Shown one piece after another: positions 18,972-27,494 of a stretch of 64,000 bases of DNA. The stretch spans positions 75,915 to 139,914 of the forward strand of contig CAWINB010000001.1 in NCBI GenBank assembly GCA_963837465.1, given 5' to 3'. Position 1 is the stretch's first letter. The number at the start of each line of letters is the position of its first letter. Below the pieces are notes generated by a model. The model was not told where the DNA came from and did no database searches. It saw only the letters and a program-made list of their open reading frames with translations. The DNA comes from Candidatus Doudnabacteria bacterium. GTDB lineage: Bacteria; Patescibacteriota; Doudnabacteria; UBA920. The translations under genes were made by a program, and so were the position numbers.

Positions 18972-19427
18972 ATGAAAATTACCATCTGCGGCAGCACCGC
19001 TTTTATTCTGGAGATGGAAGCGGTTGCCAAACAACTGGAGGCCCTGGGGCACGAGGCGCAATTTCCACCGGTTTGGTTTACGGACGGCGGCGGAAAAAAG
19101 TGGCACACGCTGGACTATTATAAATTTAAAAAAACCAAGCCCTTTAGTAATCCCGAATTTTTAAAGAACCACACCCAAAGAATCCGCGACCACTTTGGGC
19201 TTGTGGAATGGTCGGACGCTATTCTTGTTACCAATTACGAAAAAAACAGCGTTGCCGATTATATCGGCCCCAATACTCTGATGGAAATGGGTTTGGCATT
19301 CCATCTCGGCAAAAAAATCTATCTGCTGAACCCGGTTCCGGATGTGGCGTGGAAAGAAGAGATTTTAGGTCTGCGGCCTGTGGCGATTAATGCCGATTTA
19401 TCGGCGATCGCTGATAAGAAGTTGTAA
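18972..19427 (+). CDS. nucleoside 2-deoxyribosyltransferase-like protein
   Basis: MKITICGS... and SDAILVTNYEKNSVADYIGPNTLMEMGLAFHLGKKIYLL fit the NDT/DNPH1 pattern ADxVxAxLDG...GTAFEIGYA. Confidence 0.45.
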   Translation: MKITICGSTAFILEMEAVAKQLEALGHEAQFPPVWFTDGGGKKWHTLDYYKFKKTKPFSNPEFLKNHTQRIRDHFGLVEWSDAILVTNYEKNSVADYIGPNTLMEMGLAFHLGKKIYLLNPVPDVAWKEEILGLRPVAINADLSAIADKKL

Positions 19428-19475
19428 ATTAGGCTGATTTTAGTTATAATTAAGGCGTTACAAGCCTTATTTTTT

Positions 19476-20711
19476 ATGGAAAAAAATACAAAAAAACTTT
19501 CTTTGGAACCTTACAAAGGCACGCGGGATTTTTATCCCGGGGAGCAGTTCGAGCAGGATTATATTTTTGGCGTTTGGCGCAAAGTGGCGCGGGCTTACGG
19601 CTATTTGGAATACGGCGCTTCTATTTTGGAAGAAACGGATTTATACCGCCAAAAAAGCGGCGATGAAATAGTTAACGAGCAAACTTACAGCTTTACCGAC
19701 CGCGGCGGCCGCGATGTAACCATCCGTCCTGAAATGACGCCCACGGTGGCCCGTATGGTCGCCCAAAAACGCCGCGAACTCAGTTTCCCCCTGCGCTGGT
19801 TTTCCATCCCCAACCTTTTCCGCTACGAACGCCCCCAACGAGGCCGCCTGCGCGAACACTGGCAGTTAAACTGCGACATTTTTGGCGTGGACAACATACA
19901 AGCCGATGTGGAAATAATTTCCCTGGCCTATGACATTATGAAGGCGTTCGGGGCGAAGGATGAAAATTTTATCATCAAAATAAATAACCGCCGCGCTTTA
20001 ACCAAAGTTTTTAGCGAACTGGGACTGGATGAAGAAAAGCAAAAAACTTTTCGCAGATTGCTGGATAAAAAAGATAAAATAGATGATTTTGAACATCAGG
20101 CAAAACTGGTTTTAGGCAAACCTTTTAACGCCAATCCGGATCCCGACCCGGAAACATCCGCAGTCATCAATGGGCTCAAAAAGCTGGGAGTTTTGAACAT
20201 AGTTTACGAACCTTATTTGGTCCGCGGCTTTGATTACTATACCGGCACGGTGTTTGAAATGTATGATACCAACCCCAAAAATCCCCGCGCGTTATTTGGC
20301 GGCGGCAGGTATGATGATCTTGTGGGAATCTTTGGCGTTGAAAAAGTTTCGGGAATCGGTTTTGGCTGGGGCGATGTTACTACCAAAGATTTTTTGGAAA
20401 CTTATAACCTTTTACCCGAATACAAACCGCAGGTACAATTATATATTTGCCATCTTGAAGGTTTTATGGAAGAAGCCAATAAATTGGCGCGCTACCTTAG
20501 GGAGCGGGGGATTAACGTGGAAGTGGATTTAACCGACCGCCAGGTATCCAAGCAAGTTAAAACCGCCGACCGCGAAAAAATTCCGTTTGTGGTAGTTGTT
20601 GGCGAAGAGGAAGTTAAAAGCGGAAAGTATAAAGTTAAAGGTTTGTCACAGTCAAAAGAAGTCGCCTTAGAAAAAAAAGATCTGCCGTATTTTTTTAAAA
20701 ATAATGAATAA
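19476..20711 (+). CDS. hisS: histidyl-tRNA synthetase
   Basis: Class II aaRS motifs plus HisRS-specific TRDFYPGE and GGRYD. Confidence 0.9.
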   Translation: MEKNTKKLSLEPYKGTRDFYPGEQFEQDYIFGVWRKVARAYGYLEYGASILEETDLYRQKSGDEIVNEQTYSFTDRGGRDVTIRPEMTPTVARMVAQKRRELSFPLRWFSIPNLFRYERPQRGRLREHWQLNCDIFGVDNIQADVEIISLAYDIMKAFGAKDENFIIKINNRRALTKVFSELGLDEEKQKTFRRLLDKKDKIDDFEHQAKLVLGKPFNANPDPDPETSAVINGLKKLGVLNIVYEPYLVRGFDYYTGTVFEMYDTNPKNPRALFGGGRYDDLVGIFGVEKVSGIGFGWGDVTTKDFLETYNLLPEYKPQVQLYICHLEGFMEEANKLARYLRERGINVEVDLTDRQVSKQVKTADREKIPFVVVVGEEEVKSGKYKVKGLSQSKEVALEKKDLPYFFKNNE

Positions 20712-21006
20712 ACCTAAACTTGTCAGAGATAAAGTCCCTTCTATTCTTCTAAAACTTGGCAAAAGACCTGTTTTTCATATTGCTTCAAAAAAAGAATATT
20801 GGCTTAGATTGAAAGATAAGTTGTTGGAAGAAGCCCGGGAATTTCATAAGTCGGGTAATACGGAAGAATTGGCGGATGTTCTTGAGGTGCTTGACGCTAT
20901 TTTGATTTTTAAACTTTATTCAAGGAGTAAAATAAACGAAGTTAAATCAAAAAAGGCAAAGCAAAGAGGTAAGTTTGTAAAAGGTATTATTTTAGAAAAA
21001 GTTTAA
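20704..21006 (+). CDS. MazG/HisE-like all-alpha nucleotide pyrophosphohydrolase
   Basis: EELADVLEVLDAI motif. 8-nt overlap with the hisS stop. Confidence 0.5.
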   Translation: MNKPKLVRDKVPSILLKLGKRPVFHIASKKEYWLRLKDKLLEEAREFHKSGNTEELADVLEVLDAILIFKLYSRSKINEVKSKKAKQRGKFVKGIILEKV

Positions 21007-21009
21007 TTT

Positions 21010-21423
21010 ATGGAACTTCAGGTTGGCGTTAAAATTTTGCTTAAAAACTCAGAAGGTGAATACTTGCTGCTCAGGAGGAATCCAAAAAAATATCCCGAGG
21101 TTGGGGCAAAGTGGGATATTGTCGGAGGCCGGATAGTCGCCGGAACATCTTTGCTGGAAAATTTAAGGCGGTAAATTAAGGAAGAGACGGGCTTGGATTA
21201 CAAAGAGTCGCCAACGTTGGTCGCCGCTCAGGATATTTTGAAAGCCGAGGATAAACATGTAGCCAGACTTACTTATACAGGCAATCTTGATGGCAAAGCA
21301 AAAATAGGCGAAGAGCATGTGGAAGCAAAATGGATGACCGGAAAAGAACTAAAAAATTTACCGCCTGAACAGCTCGATTCTTATTTTAGGGAATTAATCG
21401 ATAGACAGATTATTATTCTGTAA
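21010..21423 (+). pseudogene. Nudix hydrolase interrupted by an in-frame TAA at the catalytic Glu codon of the Nudix box
   Basis: Single frame reads GGRIVAGTSLLENLRR-TAA(21172-21174)-IKEETGL. The stop occupies the E of REx2EE. The downstream part is the track ORF 21193-21423. Confidence 0.6.
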
Positions 21424-21430
21424 CTCTGAA

Positions 21431-22144
21431 ATGAAAAAACGCATTGTGGCCCACAGGGGCGCTTCCAATTTGGCCCGCGAAAATACCTTGGAGGCTTTTG
21501 CCAAAGCTATTGAAATTGGCGCGGATATGGTGGAGCTGGACGTGCGACAAACCCGTGACGGGGTTTTGGCTGTTTTCCACGACGCTAAAATTGAGAACAA
21601 AAAAATCAGTAAGCTTGCTTTTACGGAGATTAGCGCCATAGGTTACGGCAGGGGTTTTAAAATTCCGACTTTAGAGGAAGCACTGAGTTTGATAGCCGGC
21701 AAAATCCCGGTACAGATAGATATTAAACAGGCAGGCTACGAGAACCATACGGCAGAGGTGGCTAAAAAATACCTTCATCCTTCACAATTTATAATTATTT
21801 CCTTTCATGCCAAGGTTCTGAAAAAAATAAAGGCAGCCCATCCCGAAATTAAACTCGGTTTTTCTTTGGGTGGAAGCTTTAGGCATTGGTACGAGCTGGG
21901 ACAAGTTTTTTGGGGACGAAAAAAAATTCTTTCCACGGCGGACGAGTTTACGGTAAAATGGCAACTGGCCGCGTTAGGCCTACTTAAGCTTATCCCCGAA
22001 GGCTATCCGATTACGCTTTGGACTTTGGACAACAGCCACGTTATTAAAAAATTTTTAAACCACAGCCGGATTTCGGCCATTACATCCAATCGCCCCGGTC
22101 TTGCCATGGAATTAAGGGAGGCCTATGGCAGCCAGCCCCGGTAA
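21431..22144 (+). CDS. glycerophosphodiester phosphodiesterase
   Basis: VAHRGAS...ENTLEAF...VELDV is the GDPD signature. Confidence 0.85.
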   Translation: MKKRIVAHRGASNLARENTLEAFAKAIEIGADMVELDVRQTRDGVLAVFHDAKIENKKISKLAFTEISAIGYGRGFKIPTLEEALSLIAGKIPVQIDIKQAGYENHTAEVAKKYLHPSQFIIISFHAKVLKKIKAAHPEIKLGFSLGGSFRHWYELGQVFWGRKKILSTADEFTVKWQLAALGLLKLIPEGYPITLWTLDNSHVIKKFLNHSRISAITSNRPGLAMELREAYGSQPR

Positions 22145-22349
22145 ACTTTACTTCGCTTTATTTTTGGTGTTTTTTGTGGCTATTATTGTGCTGTTGATAA
22201 TTAGCCATACACAAAAAAATCCGCTGGCTAATATCCAGAATTTTGACGATTGCGTAAAAGCCGGCTATCCGGTTTTACAAAGCTACCCGGAGCAATGTAC
22301 TTTGCCCAACGGTAAATTTTTTGTCAGCCAGACTATGCCTGGCCATTAA
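22125..22349 (+). CDS. small hypothetical membrane protein
   Basis: 74 aa, one TM helix. Overlaps the GDPD stop. Confidence 0.3.
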   Translation: MAASPGKLYFALFLVFFVAIIVLLIISHTQKNPLANIQNFDDCVKAGYPVLQSYPEQCTLPNGKFFVSQTMPGH

Positions 22350-22358
22350 TCGGCAGTT

Positions 22359-22383
22359 AGTGTCAAGGGTCACCCTTGACACT
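22359..22383. terminator. second copy of the 25-bp palindromic terminator element
   Basis: AGTGTCAAGGGTCACCCTTGACACT, identical to 3114-3138. Confidence 0.55.
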
Positions 22384-22403
22384 GGGGTTTACGATTAAAA
22401 TAT

Positions 22404-22973
22404 ATGGATATAAATCGCCAGCGGGCTCATGAATTATTAACCCAATGGGTTGGATCGGAAAGCTTGCGCCGTCATATGTACGCCGTGGAAGCGGCTATGC
22501 GCGCTTACGCCGCAAAATACGGGGAAGATCCGGAGCTGTGGGGGATTGCCGGACTGCTCCACGATTTTGACTATGAAAAATATCCCCAAGCCGACGCGGA
22601 AGCCAAAACAGGTCATCCGTTTGAAGGGGTCAGACACATGCGGGCTTTGGGCTATCCCGACGAAATTATCCAGGCTATTTTGGGCCACGCTCTTTACAGC
22701 GGAGTGCCCAGGCAAAGTCAAATGGCAAAGACCTTGTTTGCCTGCGACGAGTTGTGCGGCTTTATTGTGGCCGTCGGCAAAATGCGGAGCGATAATTTGC
22801 AGACTCTGGAAGCGAAATCGGTTAAGAAAAAGCTTAAAGACAAAGGTTTCGCGGCCAAAGTCAGCAGGGAAGACATAGCTTTGGGTTTAAGCGAAATTGG
22901 CTTAAGCGATGACGAGCACATAGATTTTGTAATCGCGGCGTTAAAGCCGGTTGCAAAGGAATTGGGGTTTTGA
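22404..22973 (+). CDS. HD-domain phosphohydrolase
   Basis: H...HD motif: RRHMYAVEAAM ... GLLHDFDYEK. Confidence 0.75.
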   Translation: MDINRQRAHELLTQWVGSESLRRHMYAVEAAMRAYAAKYGEDPELWGIAGLLHDFDYEKYPQADAEAKTGHPFEGVRHMRALGYPDEIIQAILGHALYSGVPRQSQMAKTLFACDELCGFIVAVGKMRSDNLQTLEAKSVKKKLKDKGFAAKVSREDIALGLSEIGLSDDEHIDFVIAALKPVAKELGF

Positions 22974-23067
22974 TGGTCACAGCTTGTTCCATTTTCCTTT
23001 CGATAATCTTGTGGCGAAAAATTCCGGGATGACGGACATTTAATCCACATCTACACCAATCAACTAT

Positions 23068-23940
23068 ATGAAAAAATGGATCGGTTCGGCAATTTGTATT
23101 TTGGCGGCGCTGGCGATCTGGCGTTTATTAACTCTGCCTCAAAAACAGGCCAAGCAAATTCCAAATCAAGTAAAAAATTTTGCCGGCAACGCTTTGACCA
23201 GCTTAATCAGCGCCCAGCCCAAGGTTTCCCTCCCGCCGCCGCTTCGGCAAATGCTGGGGCAAGGCTCGCCTTTAACGGACGCCGGGGTCATCTCCCTGAC
23301 CAACCAAAACCGCCAGCAAAACGGCGACCTGCCGCCGCTGCGGGAAAACCAGACTTTGGATCAGGAAGCATCAGCCAAACTTGCCGATATGTTTAAGCAG
23401 CAGTATTTTGAACATATAAACCCCCAGGGCCGGGGACCGGCGGATTTGGCCAAAACTTACGGTTACGCCTACGTCAGCATCGGTGAAAATTTGGCTTTGG
23501 GGAATTTTAACGGCGACCGGGATTTGCTTACCGCCTGGATGAACAGCCCGGGCCACCGCGCCAATATTTTAAATTCGCGCTATAAACAAATCGGCGCGGC
23601 CGTGGGCAAGGGTTTGTATAAAGGCCAGAGCGTTTGGATGGCGGCGCAGGAGTTCGGCGAGCCTGCCTCCGCCTGCCCGAGTGTGGACACCGATTTAAAA
23701 TCGCAAATAGGCTCCCTGCGGCCCCAGGTTGACCAAATGCAGGCTCAATTAAGCGGAGACAAAAGCCAGATGGATTCGCAAAACCCCCAAAGCCAGAGCC
23801 AGTACGATGCCTACAACGCGGAAGTGGCCAACTATAACAGTTTAGTGGCAATTTATAACAATAAAGTTGACCAGTTAAAATTAATCACCGCCCAATATGA
23901 CGCCGAAGTAAGCGCTTATAACGCTTGTTTAAAATCTTAA
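23068..23940 (+). CDS. secreted CAP/SCP-domain protein with C-terminal coiled coil
   Basis: Signal peptide and CAP motifs GENLALGNF...WMNSPGHRANILNSRYKQIGAAV. Gln/Asn-rich coiled-coil tail. Confidence 0.65.
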   Translation: MKKWIGSAICILAALAIWRLLTLPQKQAKQIPNQVKNFAGNALTSLISAQPKVSLPPPLRQMLGQGSPLTDAGVISLTNQNRQQNGDLPPLRENQTLDQEASAKLADMFKQQYFEHINPQGRGPADLAKTYGYAYVSIGENLALGNFNGDRDLLTAWMNSPGHRANILNSRYKQIGAAVGKGLYKGQSVWMAAQEFGEPASACPSVDTDLKSQIGSLRPQVDQMQAQLSGDKSQMDSQNPQSQSQYDAYNAEVANYNSLVAIYNNKVDQLKLITAQYDAEVSAYNACLKS

Positions 23941-24030
23941 TCGCGCGCCGCGCGGTAAAAATTCTGGAATTTTTTTGCGCTATGGGCTATAATGACTGGG
24001 TATAATTTATAAATTAATTTTTACTCGTTT

Positions 24031-24309
24031 ATGGGATTCATGGACAAATTGAAAGATATCAACGAAATGCGCAAGCAAGCCAAAGTTATGGAAGCCACGC
24101 TGGCCACGGAAACAGTTACCGGCAAAAGCGGCGGCGGAAAAATCGTATTGACCATAGACGGCAACCAGAACATAAAAAGCGTGGAAGTGGACAGCTCTAT
24201 TGTCGGCGATAAAAGCGAAATCGCGCGGCACATCCGTTCGGCTTTGGAAGACTTGTTTAAACAGCACAAAAAAATGCTGCAATCAAAGTTTGGAAGCATG
24301 CTGCGGTAG
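24031..24309 (+). CDS. ybaB: YbaB/EbfC nucleoid-associated protein
   Basis: 92 aa, typical YbaB pattern. Start may be ATG 24040. Confidence 0.8.
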   Translation: MGFMDKLKDINEMRKQAKVMEATLATETVTGKSGGGKIVLTIDGNQNIKSVEVDSSIVGDKSEIARHIRSALEDLFKQHKKMLQSKFGSMLR

Positions 24310-24367
24310 CGTCATGTTTTCGCATAAATTGTAGATGGGGTCGAAATAAACAGCAATAAATTGTAAA

Positions 24368-25333
24368 ATGCCAAACAAAAATTTTTTAACAGCTTTTATC
24401 CTGATTTTTCTGCTTTCGCCGCTTTCGGCTTTCGCGCTGGAAATTCCCGGTTTGTCGATGCCCGCCAATGGCAATGACTTGGCCGACATGACGGGCTTAA
24501 GCGCCCAGGCTTATTTTGTCCAGGATGTTGATACCGGCCAGGTATTGATAAACAAAAATCAGAACCAGCCCTGGACCCCGGCGTCCCTGACCAAACTCGT
24601 AACCGCCCTGGTGGTTTTGGATACCAAGCCCAATCTGAACAAAGCCGTAACCATGACACAAGCCGACCAGGCAGCCGGTGCCTGCTCCGATGGCGGATCA
24701 TGCATTAAATCCAAACCCGGAATTAAATTTACCGTGGATGGTTTATTTCACGCCGCGCTTTTGCCCTCGGCCAACAACGCGGCCAACGCCCTGGCCAGGA
24801 GCACGGGACTTTCGCGAGCGGAGTTTGTGGCCAGGATGAACCAAAAAATGGCCGAGCTTGGCGCGAGCGGCAGCACCCATTTTAACGAGCCTACCGGGAT
24901 GGATCCGACCAACCAAATTACGGCCGGGGATTATGCCAAAGTAGTAACCGCGGCTTTTTCCAATATCTACCTTCGGCAAATCGCGGAATTAACCAGCTAT
25001 CCGTTGCGCTCCGTCAACAATTACCGCTATAATCAAACTATAAAAAATACCGACAAGCTTTTGGCCGATAGCGGCGGCGTAACGGTTCTGGGCGCCAAGA
25101 CCGGCTATTTGGGAAGCGAGTCGGGATACAATTTCGCGGCCCTGCTTAAAAACAGCGACGGCGATGAGCTGGCTGTGGTGGTGCTCGGCGAACAGCATCT
25201 GTACACGGCTTTTGATGAAACCGAATTACTGGCTTCTTTGGCCGGCGAAGCGCGGCAGCTGGCTATGCTGAATTCGGGCGGGATGGTTTTGGGGACGAGC
25301 ACGCGAAACTCACAACTCACACCTAATAATTAA
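24368..25333 (+). CDS. D-alanyl-D-alanine carboxypeptidase (peptidase S11, PBP5-like)
   Basis: Signal peptide. SxxK active site (PASLTK), SGN-like PSANN, and KTG. Confidence 0.75.
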   Translation: MPNKNFLTAFILIFLLSPLSAFALEIPGLSMPANGNDLADMTGLSAQAYFVQDVDTGQVLINKNQNQPWTPASLTKLVTALVVLDTKPNLNKAVTMTQADQAAGACSDGGSCIKSKPGIKFTVDGLFHAALLPSANNAANALARSTGLSRAEFVARMNQKMAELGASGSTHFNEPTGMDPTNQITAGDYAKVVTAAFSNIYLRQIAELTSYPLRSVNNYRYNQTIKNTDKLLADSGGVTVLGAKTGYLGSESGYNFAALLKNSDGDELAVVVLGEQHLYTAFDETELLASLAGEARQLAMLNSGGMVLGTSTRNSQLTPNN

Positions 25334-25344
25334 AAATTTAACCT

Positions 25345-26070
25345 ATGGCCAGTAACATGTCACACGGAGACGGTTCCGCGTCGGGCGCGAAAAAAATTGC
25401 TACCATTGTAATTATAGTTTTAGTGGTCTTGGGTTTTGGCTATTATTTATTTAAAATTTCCCCTTCCACCCAGGACAGCTCAACTACCGGCTATAATTCC
25501 AGCCTGAATTTAAGCGATTTTAAACCAATTTCCGGGCCGCCGGCTTTTGACCCGTCCACGGACCACTACCTTGGAAGTCCCACGGCCAAGAACGTGTTTA
25601 TTGAATATGGGGATTTGGAATGCCCGTACTGCGCGGCTTACAATAGCATGCTGGAACAGATTCCTTCCCAATTTCCGGATACCGTATTTGTGTTCCGCTA
25701 TTTCCCGCTGGTGGAAATCCATCCCAACAGCGTGGAGGGAGCGCTGGCCGCGGAAGCTGCCGGAGCCCAGGGCAAGTACTGGCAAATGCACGATATTTTA
25801 TTCCAAAAGCAGGCTGACTGGGAAAGTTTAAGCGACCCGCTGGACCAGTTTGCCCAGTACGCGCAGTCGGTGGGAGTGGCCAATATTACCCAGTTTAAAA
25901 GCGACATAACCGGTAAAAAATATCTGCCCGCCATCCAAAACGACAACAACCAGGCCTTAGGCCTAAACCTGCAGGGTACCCCGTCCTACTTTTTTAACGG
26001 CCACCCCCTGCAAATTGCCACTACCATTCAGGGGCTGGAGCAGGAAGCGCGGCAGTACTTAAACAAATAA
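25345..26070 (+). CDS. DsbA-like thioredoxin-fold oxidoreductase
   Basis: N-terminal TM anchor and CPYC active site. Confidence 0.75.
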   Translation: MASNMSHGDGSASGAKKIATIVIIVLVVLGFGYYLFKISPSTQDSSTTGYNSSLNLSDFKPISGPPAFDPSTDHYLGSPTAKNVFIEYGDLECPYCAAYNSMLEQIPSQFPDTVFVFRYFPLVEIHPNSVEGALAAEAAGAQGKYWQMHDILFQKQADWESLSDPLDQFAQYAQSVGVANITQFKSDITGKKYLPAIQNDNNQALGLNLQGTPSYFFNGHPLQIATTIQGLEQEARQYLNK

Positions 26071-26130
26071 CCACCATTAACCATTAACCATTAACAATTT
26101 ACGATTAACAATTTACGATTTACGATTGAC
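26071..26130. repeat. compound short tandem repeats (CCATTAA x3; CAATTTACGATT x2-3)
   Basis: Seen in sequence between the DsbA-like and IMPase genes. Overlaps the putative TTG start of the IMPase gene. Confidence 0.6.
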
Positions 26131-26887
26131 TTTTGTGAACCCCAAAACCTTCGCCCTTAAAATTGCCAAGCAGGCCGGGAAAAATATCCGTGATAATTTT
26201 GCTTTAGGCATGGCCAAACAGTACAAATCCGACTATTCGCCGGTAACGGTAACAGATTTAAAAAACAACAAACTCGTTATTGACCAAGTGGCGAAACATT
26301 TTCCCGGCCACAGCGTTTTGGGCGAGGAAGCCAGCAATATCATCAAAGGCAGTCGCCAGACCTGGGTTTGCGACCCGGTTGACGGCACGGTGCCGTTTTC
26401 ACATGGCATTCCGACCTGCGTATTTTCTCTGGCTTTAGTGGATGACGGCCGCCCGATTTTAGGCGTAATTTATGATCCTTTTATGGATAGGATGTTTTTC
26501 GCCGAAAAAGGCAAAGGCGCTTTTTTAAACGGCGGAAAAATCAAAGTCAATAAATCCAATATGGACAGGGCGGTAGTGGGCTGGAGCAATAAGGGGACCA
26601 CGGAAATGAGGAAACAGTTTCCAAATGTTCCGGTAGTTACCTTGTGGAGCATTTGCTACGAAGGAATACTGGTGGCAAGCGGCGAGCTTAACGCCTGTTT
26701 TTACGACCATATCAACGCCCACGACATCGCGGCCCTAAAAATTATCGTGGAAGAAGCCGGCGGTAAAGTCACCGACAAATTCGGCAGGGAACAACGCTAT
26801 GACGGTAGAATAAACGGCGCCTTGGTCAGCAATGGGGTGGCGCATAACGAGTTGTTAAAGTTTATAAAAAACACCGTGGTTAAGTAG
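26126..26887 (+). CDS. suhB: inositol monophosphatase-family protein
   Basis: GEE...WVCDPVDGT...VDDGRPILGVIYDP are IMPase metal-binding motifs. TTG start assumed. Confidence 0.75.
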   Translation: MTFVNPKTFALKIAKQAGKNIRDNFALGMAKQYKSDYSPVTVTDLKNNKLVIDQVAKHFPGHSVLGEEASNIIKGSRQTWVCDPVDGTVPFSHGIPTCVFSLALVDDGRPILGVIYDPFMDRMFFAEKGKGAFLNGGKIKVNKSNMDRAVVGWSNKGTTEMRKQFPNVPVVTLWSICYEGILVASGELNACFYDHINAHDIAALKIIVEEAGGKVTDKFGREQRYDGRINGALVSNGVAHNELLKFIKNTVVK

Positions 26888-27010
26888 CATACAATCCAAG
26901 ACGCGCAATAGGCACGTTGACAACGGCGCCTGTTGTTTTAAAAATACAGTTGAAAAGGGCGGCCAAAATTACAGCCGCCCTGCTTGTCCGCGCCGGAGCG
27001 AGTCTTTATT

Positions 27011-27433
27011 TTACTGAAGATGCGTATTTTTCTCCGCCATTCTTAATTTAAAAAGGCTGGAGAATTCTTTTTGGACCACTTGGGCGTATTCTCCATTTCT
27101 GGGCCAGGAAGTCCCGGTTGATGCCCATAAGATTCTCTGGTTTTTTTCGTCCTCTATGTATATCCAGCCGAGAAAGCCGTTAATATACACGGCGTCCACC
27201 AGCCCATCCGCGTCGCAGTCAGCGAATAAACCTCCCCTTTTGTCAGCTATGATAAGTGGCCGTATCGTTTTTAGGCACGGCGACTCAGGACGATCACCAG
27301 ACCCCAGCTCTAACTGGGTTTGCGAAGATAATTCTACCCATAACTCAGCATCCGTCGAGGTAAGAACTATCTCTGCTTGAAAAGATATTATAACAATAAA
27401 CCACAACATAATATGGGCAGGCCTAAGCGCCAT
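27011..27433 (-). CDS. hypothetical secreted/membrane-anchored protein
   Basis: 140 aa with N-terminal hydrophobic helix. DCDADGLVD resembles an FG-GAP-like Ca-binding loop. Confidence 0.35.
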   Translation of the reverse strand: MALRPAHIMLWFIVIISFQAEIVLTSTDAELWVELSSQTQLELGSGDRPESPCLKTIRPLIIADKRGGLFADCDADGLVDAVYINGFLGWIYIEDEKNQRILWASTGTSWPRNGEYAQVVQKEFSSLFKLRMAEKNTHLQ

Positions 27434-27494
27434 TTATCATATCCTCCTTGCCGAAACTTTACAGTAACGGAGGTTTTGTGTCAAAATATGTGGT

